Below are positions 1 through 12,890 of a DNA stretch of 64,000 nucleotides, one piece after another. Location of the stretch: the NCBI GenBank assembly GCA_963834385.1, contig CAWIBO010000005.1, positions 32,001-96,000 on the forward strand. Direction: 5' to 3'. The stretch is from an uncultured Verrucomicrobiae bacterium (GTDB lineage Bacteria > Verrucomicrobiota > Verrucomicrobiia > Chthoniobacterales > UBA10450). The position numbers were made by a program, and so were the translations under genes. How positions within the stretch are numbered: the first letter of the stretch is position 1; the number at the start of each line of letters is the position of its first letter. The notes under the pieces were generated by a model. That model was not told the DNA's origin. It saw only the letters and a list, made by a program, of their open reading frames with translations, and did not search any database.

Positions 1-1472
1 GCGACATCGTGATCGACATGTATTGCTACCGCAAATACGGGCACAACGAGGGGGACGAACCCGCTTTCACCCAGCCCGATCTCTATGCGCATATCCAGGA
101 GCGGGCCTCGGCCGCCCAGCTTTATCGCCAGAAACTGATCGACACCGGCGCGCTCGGACCGGAGGAAGCGGCGGCGCTGGAGAAGGAGTTTACCGACCGG
201 CTCGAGGCCGTTTTGGCCGAGGTGAAGTCGAACGAAAAACAGCGGGCCGACAAGCTGGCTCGGTTCATGGAATCAACCGCGGTTTTCCAGCCGAAATACC
301 GTCCGGAATCGCCCGAGACCGCGATCACGCCGGAAATGCTCAAGCAACTGGTGGAGGGGCTCACGCGGGTGCCGCCCGATTTCAATGTGCAGCCCAAGGT
401 CAAACGGACGGTGCTGGATCATCGGCGCGATGTGTTTGAGAAGGATGGCCTTTTCGAGTGGCATTATGCCGAGACGCTCGCGTTCGGCTCGCTTCTGCTC
501 GAGGGCACGCCGGTGCGTCTTTCCGGGCAGGACAGCCGCCGGGGCACCTTCAGCACGCGGCACTCGTTCCTTTACGATGCGAAAACGGGAGCGCCTTATC
601 TGCCGCTGATGCACCTCGCCGAGAAACAGGCGCGCATCTGCATTTATAACAGCCTGCTGTCTGAGGCGGCGGTGCTCGGTTTTGATTACGGGTACTCGCT
701 CGATTATCCCGACCTGCTTTGCCTCTGGGAGGCGCAGTTCGGCGATTTCGTGAACGGGGCCCAGACGATCATCGACCAGTTCATCGTCTCGGCGGAATCG
801 AAGTGGCAGCGGCCGAGCGGCATCGTCCTCCTGCTGCCGCACGGCTACGAGGGGCAGGGGCCGGAACATTCCAGCGGACGGCTCGAGCGGTTCCTCCAGC
901 TCTGCGCCGAGGATAACATCCAGGTCTGCAATCTCAGCACCGCGGCCCAGTATTTTCACGTCCTGCGCCGGCAGGTGAAACGCGATTTCGTCAAGCCACT
1001 GGTGATCATGACGCCGAAGAGCCTGCTTCGGGCCGATTTTGCCTCGTCGCCCGCCGCCGCTTTTACCGGCGACAAGTTTCACGAAATTCTGCCGGAAACG
1101 GAGAAGCTGAAAAAGGTGGATCGCGTTATCCTCTGCTCGGGCAAAGTCTTCTACGATCTCGTGGGGCACCGCGCGAAGAAGAAGATCGGGAACGCGGCCG
1201 TGGTCCGGGTGGAACAGTTGTATCCCCTCGCGGAGGAACAGTTGCGCGAGGCCGTCGAGGCGTTCCCGAAACGCGCCGTGCTCGTCTGGTGCCAGGAGGA
1301 ACCGCAGAACATGGGCGCGTGGACCTTTATGGAGCCGCGGCTCCGCAAGCTGTTCGGGCGGGAGATCCGGTATGCCGGGCGGGACGCCGGGGCCAGCCCC
1401 GCGGTGGGGGCGACCGCCGTGCACAAGCGCGAGCAGGCCTGCGTGATCAACGAGGCGTTCACCGTCGCCTGA
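1..1472 (+). CDS. sucA: 2-oxoglutarate dehydrogenase E1 (5' truncated by window edge)
   Basis: Motifs CYRKYGHNEGDEP, LSGQDSRRGTFSTRH, WEAQFGDF, LPHGYEGQGPEHSS; followed by sucB and lpdA. Confidence 0.97.
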   Translation, partial: DIVIDMYCYRKYGHNEGDEPAFTQPDLYAHIQERASAAQLYRQKLIDTGALGPEEAAALEKEFTDRLEAVLAEVKSNEKQRADKLARFMESTAVFQPKYRPESPETAITPEMLKQLVEGLTRVPPDFNVQPKVKRTVLDHRRDVFEKDGLFEWHYAETLAFGSLLLEGTPVRLSGQDSRRGTFSTRHSFLYDAKTGAPYLPLMHLAEKQARICIYNSLLSEAAVLGFDYGYSLDYPDLLCLWEAQFGDFVNGAQTIIDQFIVSAESKWQRPSGIVLLLPHGYEGQGPEHSSGRLERFLQLCAEDNIQVCNLSTAAQYFHVLRRQVKRDFVKPLVIMTPKSLLRADFASSPAAAFTGDKFHEILPETEKLKKVDRVILCSGKVFYDLVGHRAKKKIGNAAVVRVEQLYPLAEEQLREAVEAFPKRAVLVWCQEEPQNMGAWTFMEPRLRKLFGREIRYAGRDAGASPAVGATAVHKREQACVINEAFTVA

Positions 1473-1567
1473 TTGCGCGCCGCGCCGCGCGGTGACCGGG
1501 CCGCTCTGGGCCGATTTCGCTAAATTTGTCGACCAGCTCTGCGACATACGCTTAGTTACGCCAGCCC

Positions 1568-2818
1568 ATGAGCCTTGAAGTCAAAATCCCGCCTGTTGGC
1601 GAATCCATCTCCAGCGGCATCGTTTCCGTCTGGCACAAGAAATCCGGGGAATATGTCAAGGCGGGGGAAGCGCTCTTCACCCTCGAGACCGACAAGGTCT
1701 CGACGGAGATCGTGGCGGAGAAAGCCGGGATCCTGACCACGGAGGTCACGGAAGGCCAGGAGGTCAAGATTGGCGAAGTGGTCGCGACCATCGACGACTC
1801 AGCCGCGGCGCCCGCGGCGGACAAGGCGGCGGACACCACGGAGGGAACAACGAAGCAGGACGTGAAGGAGAAACCCGATCCCAACCGGGCGGCCGCGCCC
1901 AAGGCGGGTGAAAAGAAGTCGGGCGGGGCGGAGGTGGCGTCACCGGCGGTGCGGCGCATCGCGGAAGAGGAAGGCCTCGATCTGCAGGCGATCACCGGCA
2001 GCGGCAAGGGGGGACGCGTGACCAAGGGGGACGCCCTGGCCGCGGCCAGAAACCGGGGAGCGGCCGAGACACCCGCGCCGGAGCCGGAGGAAAACGGCGC
2101 GGAGGAAACGCCCGCCGACGGGCGGTTCACCCGGCGGAAGATGTCGCCGTTGCGCCGCAAGATCGCGGCCCAGCTCGTCATGGCCCAGCAGACGGCGGCC
2201 ATCCTGACGACGTTCAACGAGTGCGACATGAGCGCGGTGCAGAAGCTGCGCAAGGAGAAGCAGGAGGCGTTCACCGGGAAACACGGGCTGAAACTTGGGT
2301 TCATGTCCTTTTTCATCAAGGCGGCGGTGGCGGCGTTGCAGGAGGTGCCTGCGCTCAACGGCCGGATCGAAGGCGACGATTTCATCCATAACAATTTTTT
2401 CGACATCGGCGTGGCCGTCGGGACCGAGCGCGGCCTGGTGGTGCCGGTGATTCGCAACGCGGAAAAGAAATCCTTTGCCGATCTCGAGCGCGACATCGTG
2501 GAGTTCGCGGCGAAAGCGCGCGAGGGGAAGATCAAGATCGAGGATTTGCAGGGGGGCACCTTCACCATCTCCAACGGGGGCGTCTACGGTTCGCTCCTGA
2601 GCACGCCCATTCTGAATCCGCCGCAGAGCGGGATCCTGGGGATGCACAAGATCATGGACCGGGCCGTGGTCATCGACGGCAAAGTGGAGGCGCGCCCGAT
2701 GATGTATCTGGCGCTGAGCTACGATCACCGGGCGGTCGACGGCAAGGAAGCGGTCACGTTCCTGATCAAGGTGAAGGAAGCGATCGAGAACCCGGGGCAG
2801 CTCGGCCTGGAGGCCTGA
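1568..2818 (+). CDS. sucB: Dihydrolipoyllysine succinyltransferase E2
   Basis: Lipoyl motif ETDKV, E3-binding GSGKGGRVTKGD, catalytic SYDHRAVDG. Confidence 0.97.
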   Translation: MSLEVKIPPVGESISSGIVSVWHKKSGEYVKAGEALFTLETDKVSTEIVAEKAGILTTEVTEGQEVKIGEVVATIDDSAAAPAADKAADTTEGTTKQDVKEKPDPNRAAAPKAGEKKSGGAEVASPAVRRIAEEEGLDLQAITGSGKGGRVTKGDALAAARNRGAAETPAPEPEENGAEETPADGRFTRRKMSPLRRKIAAQLVMAQQTAAILTTFNECDMSAVQKLRKEKQEAFTGKHGLKLGFMSFFIKAAVAALQEVPALNGRIEGDDFIHNNFFDIGVAVGTERGLVVPVIRNAEKKSFADLERDIVEFAAKAREGKIKIEDLQGGTFTISNGGVYGSLLSTPILNPPQSGILGMHKIMDRAVVIDGKVEARPMMYLALSYDHRAVDGKEAVTFLIKVKEAIENPGQLGLEA

Positions 2819-2879
2819 GAGGGCCGGCTCGGCGCGAGCAGGCCCGGCCGGGAGCCCGGCTGCGACACATTTTAATCTT

Positions 2880-4290
<1,411 letters not shown>

Positions 4291-4297
4291 GCTGCTT

Positions 4298-5056
4298 CTA
4301 GATTGAAGCCGGACCCGGTGCGAGACCCTGATCGGGGCCGGGCGCCGGCGTTTCCGTCGGGGGCGGGGCGGCCTTTTTCATCGAGGCCGCGGCGGACCGG
4401 CGCGAGACCGCGACTTTCCGCCGTTTGCGCCGGCGGCGGGGCACGGCTTTCAGCCGTTCGCTCCGTTCCTTGAACCGGGCGGGCGCATAATCAAATTTCG
4501 GTTCCCAATCGCCCACGCCGCCGTCGAGCAGGCCAAAAAGATGCCAGACACAGTTGAACGGATCGAAAGGGCCGAAGGAGGCGTGGGCCACGCGGTAGAT
4601 TTTGCGGCCCTCCTTCACGAAGGTGGAAACTCCCGGCTGCGGTTCCTTGCGCGAACCAAAGCCCATGCGCTCGATGAAATCCGTGCCCTGCCCGGAAACC
4701 ATGGGGAACTTCCAGCCGCGCTGGGCGGCGAAACGTTTTTGCGTGCCGGGCGAGTCGTGGGAGATGACGGCGAAAGCCGCGCGGTCGGCCAGGTGGAAAT
4801 AGACGCCATTGAAACCATCGGCCCAAAGGGTGCAATAAGGGCAATGCCGGCCCATGTTATGGATGAGTATGAGATCGCGCTTGGAGCCGAAAAGAGCGGA
4901 GAGCTTCACCGTGCCGCCGGCGGTGCCCAGGGCAACGTCTTCCACCGCTTCACGGGGCCCGCTGCGGCGCGCCTTGGCCAGATCTTTCTGTCGCTTGGCG
5001 GCCTTTTCTTCGCGGCGCGCCATTTTTTTCGCGTGAGACTTTGCCTTGTTCTTCAT
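4298..5056 (-). CDS. DUF899-like thioredoxin-fold protein
   Basis: LSALFGSKRDLILIHNMGRHCPYCTLWADGFNG motif. Confidence 0.75.
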   Translation of the reverse strand: MKNKAKSHAKKMARREEKAAKRQKDLAKARRSGPREAVEDVALGTAGGTVKLSALFGSKRDLILIHNMGRHCPYCTLWADGFNGVYFHLADRAAFAVISHDSPGTQKRFAAQRGWKFPMVSGQGTDFIERMGFGSRKEPQPGVSTFVKEGRKIYRVAHASFGPFDPFNCVWHLFGLLDGGVGDWEPKFDYAPARFKERSERLKAVPRRRRKRRKVAVSRRSAAASMKKAAPPPTETPAPGPDQGLAPGPASI

Positions 5057-5140
5057 AAGGAGGAAGATAAGCGTAGACCCGTCGTCAAGGCGGCGGCAAT
5101 GGCCAAAGTCGCCGGCGGGGGCGGGCCGCTGGGCCGGACC

Positions 5141-5680
5141 ATGAGTACCATCGCGGCCATTCTCCTGCGCAAACGCAAGCTGAGCGACACCAGCCTGATT
5201 GTGCACTGGTGCACCGATTCGCTCGGGGTGATCCAGACCGTGGCCCGCGGCGCGCGCCGCCCGAAGAGCCCGTTCGCGGGCAAGCTCGATCTTTTTTATG
5301 AGGCGGAAATCTCGATCCGGCTCAGCCGCCGGACCAACCTGCACACCCTGGCCGAGGCGGTCCTGCGGAATCCGTTTGCCGGCATTCGCGAGAGTTATGA
5401 GCGGACCCGGGCGGCCTCGTATTTCGTGGAACTGATCGAGCTGTGCACGGAAACCGACCATCGCGAGCCGGGACTCTTCGAGTTGCTGCAACGGGCACTC
5501 GGGTTCCTGGATAAGAACGAGCCAAACCGGCGTGCCCTGCTTCATTTTGAACGGGAACTGGCCCGGCTGGCCGGCGTGCACGACGAACGGGTGCTCCGGG
5601 GCGACCCGGCCGGGGCGTTGCGCGACCTCTTCGGGCGGCTGCCAAAATCGAGGGGCGATCTTCTGGCAGAGAAGAAGTAA
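5141..5680 (+). CDS. recO: DNA repair protein RecO
   Basis: N-terminal ILLRKRKLSDTSLIVHW...VARGARRPKSPFAGKLDLF. Confidence 0.88.
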   Translation: MSTIAAILLRKRKLSDTSLIVHWCTDSLGVIQTVARGARRPKSPFAGKLDLFYEAEISIRLSRRTNLHTLAEAVLRNPFAGIRESYERTRAASYFVELIELCTETDHREPGLFELLQRALGFLDKNEPNRRALLHFERELARLAGVHDERVLRGDPAGALRDLFGRLPKSRGDLLAEKK

Positions 5681-5689
5681 GGGGACGAC

Positions 5690-6172
5690 CTACAGCTTCA
5701 GTTTCTGCCGGATCTCCCGGGCGATGGCGTCCGGGGCGGCGGCGATGCTGACGGTCACGGCCTGCGCCGGTTCCTCCAGCAGGTCGAACTGGCTTTGCAG
5801 GAGGCCGGGATTCATGAAATGGCCGCGCCGCTTGCGCAGCCGCGCCTGCACCAGGTCGAAATCCCCCTGGAGATGGACAAATTCCACGGCCGGCCCGGCC
5901 CGGAGCTGCTCGCGGTGACTCTTCTTCAGGGCGGAACAGGCCAGGACAACGTTTCGTTGCTGCGCCAGCCAGTCGACGATCGCCGCGTGCAGGGCGCGCA
6001 GCCATTGCGCGCGGTCGGTTTCATCGAGCGGTTCGCCCCGCGCCATCTTCTCGCGGCTGGCCGCAGAATGAAAATCATCGGCATCGATAAAGCTCCAGCC
6101 GAGCTCCTCGGCCAGGAGCAAGCCGACGGTGGTTTTGCCGGTGCCGGAAACGCCCATGAGGATGATGACCAC
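5690..6172 (-). CDS. gntK: Gluconokinase
   Basis: P-loop GVSGTGKTT, DADDFH, LACSALK, HFM..LLQSQF. Confidence 0.9.
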   Translation of the reverse strand: MVIILMGVSGTGKTTVGLLLAEELGWSFIDADDFHSAASREKMARGEPLDETDRAQWLRALHAAIVDWLAQQRNVVLACSALKKSHREQLRAGPAVEFVHLQGDFDLVQARLRKRRGHFMNPGLLQSQFDLLEEPAQAVTVSIAAAPDAIAREIRQKLKL

Positions 6173-6272
6173 GCCCGGACCATCGCGCCGGATCGAGGCC
6201 AGTCATGTTTTCATTCTCTTTTTCCGCGTCGCGACCCTGTGCGCGGCGACGCTGCCCGGTATATATGAGGTC

Positions 6273-6966
6273 ATGGAAGTGGTTCCTCTTGGCGACCTGG
6301 CCCTGCTCGTTCGCCTTGAAGCCAGTTTCCCGGATGATCCGGAACAGGCGCTGGCCGAATCTCTCGGCGTCGTGAGCGCCTTGCGCGAGGCCCGGATCCC
6401 GGGCGTGATCGATATCGTCCCGGGCTTCGAGAGCGTGGGCATTTGTTGTGATCCCCGGCTGATTGTTTCGGCGCGGGACCGGTCGAGCGTGTTTGCGCGG
6501 GTGCGCGATCTCCTGGCGAAACAGGATGCGCCCTGGCCGTCGCCGCCCGGCCGGGAGGTGGAAGATCCCGGTTTGTTACGAGGCGGATTTGGGCCCGGAC
6601 CTGCCGGTGGTGGCCGGGCGGAGCGGATTGTCGATCGAGCAGGTGATCGAGCGGCATGCCGGCGCGATCTATCGGGTGCATTGTCTCGGGTTCACCCCGG
6701 GGTTTCCTTTCCTTGGCGGATTGCCTCCTGAGCTGGCGACTCCGCGGCGGGCCGAGCCCCGGCGGGCAGTGCCGGCGGGCTCGGTCGGGATCGGGGGCAG
6801 CCAGACCGGGATTTATCCCATCGCATCGCCCGGCGGCTGGAACCTGATTGGCCGAACACCGCTGCGTTTGTTCGAGGCGGACGCGCCTGAGCCGGCGCGT
6901 TTGCGTCCGGGCGACCGCGTGCGGTTCCGCCGCATCTCGCTCACCGAATTCCAGGAGCACGCATGA
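6273..6966 (+). CDS. pxpB: 5-oxoprolinase subunit B (frameshift near 6560)
   Basis: [10 protein letters not shown]-terminus; [38 protein letters not shown] in second frame. Confidence 0.88.
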
Positions 6967-7922
6967 GCGGCCTCGCGATCACGCGTTGCGGCGGCGTCGC
7001 CATGGTGCAGGATGGCGGCCGGCCCGGTTACCGGCACCTGGGTGTGCCGGCCGGCGGCGCGCTGGATGAGTTCGCCGCGCGCGTGGCGAATATCCTCGTC
7101 GGGAACGAACCGGAAGCCGCCGTGCTCGAGACAACCTTTGGTTCCCTCACCGTGCGTTTCGAGGATGAACGCGTGGTGGCTTGGTGCGGAGGGGCTTTTG
7201 CCGTGCGGCACCAGGGCCGCCTGATCGAGGCGGGACGCGCGGTCCGTGTCTCCGCGGGCGACGAGGTCGCGGTCGGTCTCCCCGACGCCGGCTGCCGGCT
7301 CTGGCTCGCGGTCAGCGGAGGGATTGCGGTGCCGCCCGTCCTGGGCAGCCGGAGCACGGATCTGCGCGGTGGATTTGGCGGCCACGAAGGCCGGATCCTG
7401 CGCCGCGACGACCGTTTGCCGCTCGGCCCGCCGGGCTCTGCCCGTTCTGACGGGATGCGTCCGGGGCAGGGTCCGGCGCGACCCTGGGTCGCACCGACGC
7501 TGATGCGACCGCGCTTGCGCTGTGTGCGCGGGGTGGACTGGGAAGAGTTCAACGGTCCCTTCTTCGGGCGGGCGGGCCGGGTCTCCTCCGAGGCTGATCG
7601 GATGGGAATGCGCCTGGAAGGCCTCGAGGTGGCCCGCCGGCGCGAAGACGATCTTCTTTCCAAGGCGCTGGTGCCGGGAACAGTGCAGGTGTTGCCCGGT
7701 GGCGACCCGATTCTGCTGTTAAGCGATTGCCAGACGATCGGGGGGTATCCGCAACTGGCGCACGTCGTCTCGGTGGATCTGCCGGTGGCCGCGCAGCTGC
7801 GGCCGGGCGACGAAGTGGTCTTCGAGGAAATTTCGCGCGCGTCCGCGCAGGAGATGCTGCTGGAACGTGAGCGCGCCCTGCAAAAGTTTCGCGTGGGCCT
7901 GAGGCTGGCCGGGTCGCCATGA
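6963..7922 (+). CDS. pxpC: 5-oxoprolinase subunit C
   Basis: [28 protein letters not shown]. Confidence 0.9.
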   Translation: MSGLAITRCGGVAMVQDGGRPGYRHLGVPAGGALDEFAARVANILVGNEPEAAVLETTFGSLTVRFEDERVVAWCGGAFAVRHQGRLIEAGRAVRVSAGDEVAVGLPDAGCRLWLAVSGGIAVPPVLGSRSTDLRGGFGGHEGRILRRDDRLPLGPPGSARSDGMRPGQGPARPWVAPTLMRPRLRCVRGVDWEEFNGPFFGRAGRVSSEADRMGMRLEGLEVARRREDDLLSKALVPGTVQVLPGGDPILLLSDCQTIGGYPQLAHVVSVDLPVAAQLRPGDEVVFEEISRASAQEMLLERERALQKFRVGLRLAGSP

Positions 7923-8689
7923 AAGCGCGGATCGACCTGAATGCCGACCTGGGCGAGGGGATGGGCCACGACGGCGAGCTGCTCCGGCTCGTTTCCTCGG
8001 CCAACATCGCCACGGGCGCCCACGCGGGCGATCCCGAGATCGCGGCCCGGACCATCCGCGAAGCCATGGCGCGGAACGTGGCCGTGGGAGCGCATCCCGG
8101 GTTCGCGGACCGCGAGAATTTTGGGCGGGTGGAGCTGGCACTGTCGCCGGTCGAGATCATCCGCCTGGTCACGGAACAACTGGCGGGCTTTTGCCGTCTG
8201 GCGGCCTCGCTCGGCGCGCGGGTGAATCATCTGAAGCCGCATGGCGCGCTCTACAACATGGCGGCGCGCGACCCGGCGGTGGCGCGCGCGGTAGCGGCGG
8301 CGACGGCCGCGGTGGACGCGAGCCTGATCGTCTTTGCCCCGGTGCGGAGCCCGCTCGCGCAGGCGGCGGCGGAAGCCGGGCTGGCCGTTGCGCGCGAGGT
8401 GTTTGCCGACCGCAATTACCTTGGAAACGGGGAGCTGGTGCCGCGCACGCGACCGGAAGCCCTGTTGCACGATGCCGGCGAAGCCGCGCAACGCGTTTTG
8501 CGGATGCTGCGGGAGGGCCGGGTGACGGCGATTGACGGCACGGAGGTGGCGGTGGAGGCGGAAACGGTCTGCGTCCATGGCGATACGCCGGACGCGGTCG
8601 CGTTTGCCGGGGAACTCCGCCGGCTGCTTGCGGAAGGTGGCGTGGTGGTCGAGCCGCCACTCCACGGCTCCGCCCGAGCGGAAGCTTGA
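7919..8689 (+). CDS. pxpA: 5-oxoprolinase subunit A (LamB/YcsF family)
   Basis: IDLNADLGEG, GAHPGFADRENFGR, KPHGALYN, CVHGD. Confidence 0.93.
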   Translation: MKARIDLNADLGEGMGHDGELLRLVSSANIATGAHAGDPEIAARTIREAMARNVAVGAHPGFADRENFGRVELALSPVEIIRLVTEQLAGFCRLAASLGARVNHLKPHGALYNMAARDPAVARAVAAATAAVDASLIVFAPVRSPLAQAAAEAGLAVAREVFADRNYLGNGELVPRTRPEALLHDAGEAAQRVLRMLREGRVTAIDGTEVAVEAETVCVHGDTPDAVAFAGELRRLLAEGGVVVEPPLHGSARAEA

Positions 8690-8725
8690 CGGATTGTTTT
8701 TGAAACGACACCAAGAAGCAGCCGG

Positions 8726-10219
8726 ATGACGAAGGGAACCGACAAGAACCAGCTCGTGCGCGGGCTGGGGATGCTGGACGCGACCACGATCGTGGTCGGG
8801 TCGATGATCGGCTCCGGCATCTTCATTGTCTCGGCGGAATCAGCGCGACTGGTTGGCTCGCCCGGCTGGCTGATTGCGGCCTGGGTCCTCGCCGGCGTTT
8901 TGACCATTACCGGCGCGCTTTGTTGCGCCGAGCTGGCGGCCATGATGCCGAAAGCGGGCGGCCAGTACGTTTTCCTGAGCGAAGCCTATAGCCCGCTCTA
9001 CGGTTTTCTTTTCGGCTGGGCCATTTTCCTTGTCATTCAGACGGGCACGATCGCCGCGGTTGCGGTGGCCTTCGCAAAGTTTCTCGGCGTCCTCGTGCCT
9101 TCGGTGGCGACGAATAACTTTTTGGTCGCGCCCATTCATCTCGGCGGCGGCTACGCCATCAGTCTCTCCTCCGAGCAACTGGTGGCAGTCCTGCTCATTG
9201 TTCTCCTGACCTGGACGAACACCCGCGGCCTCCAATTGGGCAAACTGGTGCAGAACGTCTTCACCTTCGCCAAGACCGCCGCGCTTGTCGGGTTGATCGT
9301 GCTCGGCCTGGTCCTCGGCTGGAGCGCGACCAGCGCCGCCCGCTCCGCGGACTGGTGGAACCCGGTCGCGAATGGCTGGGACCCGCAAACGGCGCAACCC
9401 GGTTTTGCCTTTGTCGGCCTGCTCGCCTTCGTCATGCTCCTGGGCAAAGCCATGGTCGGGCCGCTCTTTGCGCAGTCGGCCTGGAACAATGTCACCTTCA
9501 CCGGGAGCGAGGTGCGCGATCCCGGACGAACGCTGCCGCGGGCGCTTCTGCTCGGCTGCGCCATCGTGGTCGTGCTCTATGTCTCGGCCAATCTCGCCTA
9601 CGTGGCCACCCTCTCCCTCCCCGAGATCCAGGGGGCGCCCCAGAATCGCGTGGCGGTCGCGGCCATGGAAAAATTGATCGGGCCTGCCGGCACCATCCTG
9701 ATGGCGATTGCGATTATGGTCTCGACTTTTGGATGCAACAACGGGCTGATCCTGGCGGGCGCGCGCGTTTCCTTTGCCATGGCCCGCGACGGACTCTTCT
9801 TCGCTGCCGCCGGAACGGTGAACCGGAAGCATGCGCCCGCGGTGGCGCTGGCCGCGCAGGGCGTCTGGGCCTCGCTCCTTACCCTCCCGCGCACGGTGGT
9901 GACCGCGGCCGACGGCACCGTGACCTACGGAAACGTCTACACGCAGCTTCTGGAATACATCATTGCGGTGGACCTGGTTTTCTACGTGCTGATGGTGGCG
10001 GCCGTGATCGCGTTGCGGTGGAAACGCCCGGAAGCGGAGCGGCCGTATCGCACCTGGGGTTATCCAGTCGTCCCAATCATCTACATCGTCATCGCCACTC
10101 TCCTGATTCTGGATCTGGCCTATCTGGCGCCAACGACCGCCGGGATCGGCTTTGCCATCGTGCTAACCGGCGTGCCGGTCTATTTCGCCTGGCGAAAAAA
10201 GGCCAGGGCGAAGCCCTGA
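8726..10219 (+). CDS. APC-family amino acid permease
   Basis: GSMIGSGIF motif, many hydrophobic helices, RPYRTWGYP. Confidence 0.9.
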   Translation: MTKGTDKNQLVRGLGMLDATTIVVGSMIGSGIFIVSAESARLVGSPGWLIAAWVLAGVLTITGALCCAELAAMMPKAGGQYVFLSEAYSPLYGFLFGWAIFLVIQTGTIAAVAVAFAKFLGVLVPSVATNNFLVAPIHLGGGYAISLSSEQLVAVLLIVLLTWTNTRGLQLGKLVQNVFTFAKTAALVGLIVLGLVLGWSATSAARSADWWNPVANGWDPQTAQPGFAFVGLLAFVMLLGKAMVGPLFAQSAWNNVTFTGSEVRDPGRTLPRALLLGCAIVVVLYVSANLAYVATLSLPEIQGAPQNRVAVAAMEKLIGPAGTILMAIAIMVSTFGCNNGLILAGARVSFAMARDGLFFAAAGTVNRKHAPAVALAAQGVWASLLTLPRTVVTAADGTVTYGNVYTQLLEYIIAVDLVFYVLMVAAVIALRWKRPEAERPYRTWGYPVVPIIYIVIATLLILDLAYLAPTTAGIGFAIVLTGVPVYFAWRKKARAKP

Positions 10220-10273
10220 CGCCCGGTAGCGGCGAACTCTGACCGCCGCGGAAAGCCGGATTTCCGGCGCAGT

Positions 10274-10398
10274 TCCCGGGTAGGGTGGGCATCCTGCCCG
10301 CCGAGCGCCGCATCCCTGCGGCGCGGTCTTTCGCGCAGAGGAAGTGCGTTCAGGCGAGACGCCTGAACCGGCGGGCGAGACGCCCACCCTACCCGGGA
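10274..10398. repeat. REP-like inverted repeat between convergent genes (possible terminator)
   Basis: cccgggtagggtgggc ... gcccaccctacccggg arms with internal hairpin ttcaggcgagacgcctgaa. Confidence 0.7.
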
Positions 10399-10425
10399 GA
10401 AAAAACCGGCCTCGTAGGATTGCGG

Positions 10426-12762
10426 CTATCCGCGGCGGGCGAGCAGCTTGTCGCGGCCCACCAGATAAAGCAGCGCGGACAGGACGAGGAAAGGAATCAT
10501 GGCCAGCGCGCTGGCATACGGCCCGTTGAAGAACGGATTGTTCGCGGTTGACCATTCTTCCACCCGGCGGCTGAAGAGCGCGAGAGTCGGGACGCCCGCC
10601 ATGAATGCGATCACGATCCCGGCCAGCGCTCCTCCCGCAATGTAACCGGAGGCGAGGAGAACCCCGGGGCTCTTGTCGCCTTCCGCCACCAGTTGTTCCT
10701 CGGTCAGGTCGTGCCCGCGGAATTTTTCGCGGCGCAAATAACGATCGACCAGTCCGCGGATCAGGCCGCCGGCGAGGATGGGGGTGGAAGAGGAGATGGG
10801 CAGGTAAACGCCCACGGCGAACGCGAGGGAGGGAATGCCGCTCATCTCGAGGATGACGGCAATCATGACGCCGAGAAGCACCAGGCCCCAGGGAAGTTCG
10901 CGGCTCAGGATGCCCTTGATGATGTAGGACATGAGGGTGGCCTTGGGCGCGTCGAATTTTTCCACTGCGCTTCCATCTGGCCGGGTCTGGTAGGTGCCGT
11001 TGATGCCGGGATCGACCAGGTAAACCGGGCGGCCGCTGTCGTCGACGAGGAGGCGCTGGGCCGAACCGCCCGAGGCGGGATGGTGATAGAAACCGCGGTA
11101 GGTCGCGTTGTCGTCAGCGGCCTGCGGACCTTTCAAGGTTTCCGGCGGGCCAAGCTGGGCGGGATCGACCCGGAGATCGGCCGGGATGGAGGAGAGTCCG
11201 GCCACCGGGACATAAACCGTGGAAGCGTCATTCAATTTCAGGAGGATGGGGCCAAGCATCAGGGCGGATGCGAGCGCGCCGATGAGGATGGCGATCTGCT
11301 GCGAACGCGGGGTGGCGCCGACGAGGAAGCCGGTCTTGAGGTCCTGCGAGGTGGTGCCGCCGTTGGAAGAGGCGATGCAGACGATGCCGCCGATGGAAAG
11401 GGCGGTGACGAAATAGTTCGGGCCGGTCCAGCCCACGAGAAGGAAGACGAGGCAGGTCAGGAGGAGAGTGGCCACGGTCATGCCGGAGATGGGGTTGGAG
11501 ATGGAACCGATCTCACCGGTCAGGCGCGACGAGACCGTGACAAAGAGAAAGCCGAAGGCGACCACGAGGAACGCCCCGAGGAAATTCCAGTGCAAGCCGA
11601 GCTGCGGCATCGACATCATGATCGCCGATGAGGGCGAGGCAGCCGATCACCACCACTTTCATGGAAAGGTCGCGGTCGGTCCGCGGCGTGTCGGCCTTCG
11701 TCTGCATGGGAGCCCCGCAAATCGCGCAGACCGCCACGGAGCCCGTGCCAGATGGTGGGAAGCGAACGGAAAAGGCTGATGATGCCGCCGGCGGCCACGG
11801 CGCCCGCGCCGATGTAGAGGACGTAGGCGCCGCGGATGTCGTTCGGTCCCATCTCGCTGATCGGCATGGTGCCGGGAGGGACGACGCCGACGACCCGTTC
11901 GCCAAAATATTTGATCATCGGGATGAGGACGAGATAGGCGAGCACGCCGCCCGCGCACATGATGGAGGCGATGCGGGGCCCGATGATGTAACCGACGCCG
12001 AGAAGCGCGGGCGACGCCTCGATCGCGACGGAACCGGCGGTGTAAGGCGCGCCGAAAACTTTTTCCGGGGTGTCTTTCCAGGCCTTGAACGCGCCCATGG
12101 CGCTTTGGTAAAGCAGGCCGATCCCGAACCCGGTGAAGATGGTTTTGCCGCCGCCGCTGATTTCTTTCGTGTCGGCCGCGGCCGGCGCTTCCTCCCGCCC
12201 TTCCGGATCGTGCGCGGCAGCCGCCTTGAGCACCTCGGCGCAGGCCGTCCCTTCGGGATATTTGAGCAGCGCCATGCTGTTCGACAATGAGCGCCCGGCG
12301 CAGCGGCACCATCATGAGGATGCCGAGCAGGCCACCCAGCACCGCCACCAGCATGACCCGGGTAAACTCGAGGTCGAAGCCAAGGATCATGATCGCGGGC
12401 ATGGTCACGCCCACGCCGAAAGCGATCGATTCACCGGCAGACCCGGCCGTCTGGGCGATGTTGTTCTCGAGGATGGTGGCATCGCGGCGCAGGCGCAGCT
12501 TGGAGAAGAGCCGGAAAAGAGTGATGGAAATCACCGCCACGGGAATGGAGGCGCTCACGGTCAGGCCGACCTTGAGGACGAGGTAAAGCGAGGAGGCGCC
12601 GAAGATCATCCCGAGCAGCGTCCCGACAATGACCGGCACCGGGGTCAGCTCGGCGACCCGGCGTCCGGCCGGGATAAAGGGCTTGAAGACGGCGAGGAAA
12701 GGGTTGGACGGCTTGGACCCGACGCGATCGGGATATTCGAAGGGTGGGTTGGTGGGGTTCAC
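10426..12762 (-). CDS. OPT family oligopeptide transporter (apparent frameshifts near 12290 and 11620)
   Basis: [67 protein letters not shown] spread over three frames. Confidence 0.88.
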
Positions 12763-12890
12763 GTGCTTCTTCTTCGTGGGAAGGGCGCATCTTGCGCTGG
12801 TCTGACGGAGGATTGCAATCCCCGCCCGAAAACGTTTTCATCGCATCCGCTCCGGCCGTAGCGTGCGAATCGACTGAGAAGGAAATATTT

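Noticed and set aside
4298..5680. Long overlapping ORFs 4298-5581(-) and 4541-5680(+)
   Set aside because: Upstream extensions are GC-rich shadow frames; real genes are the divergent DUF899-like (start 5056) and recO (start 5141)
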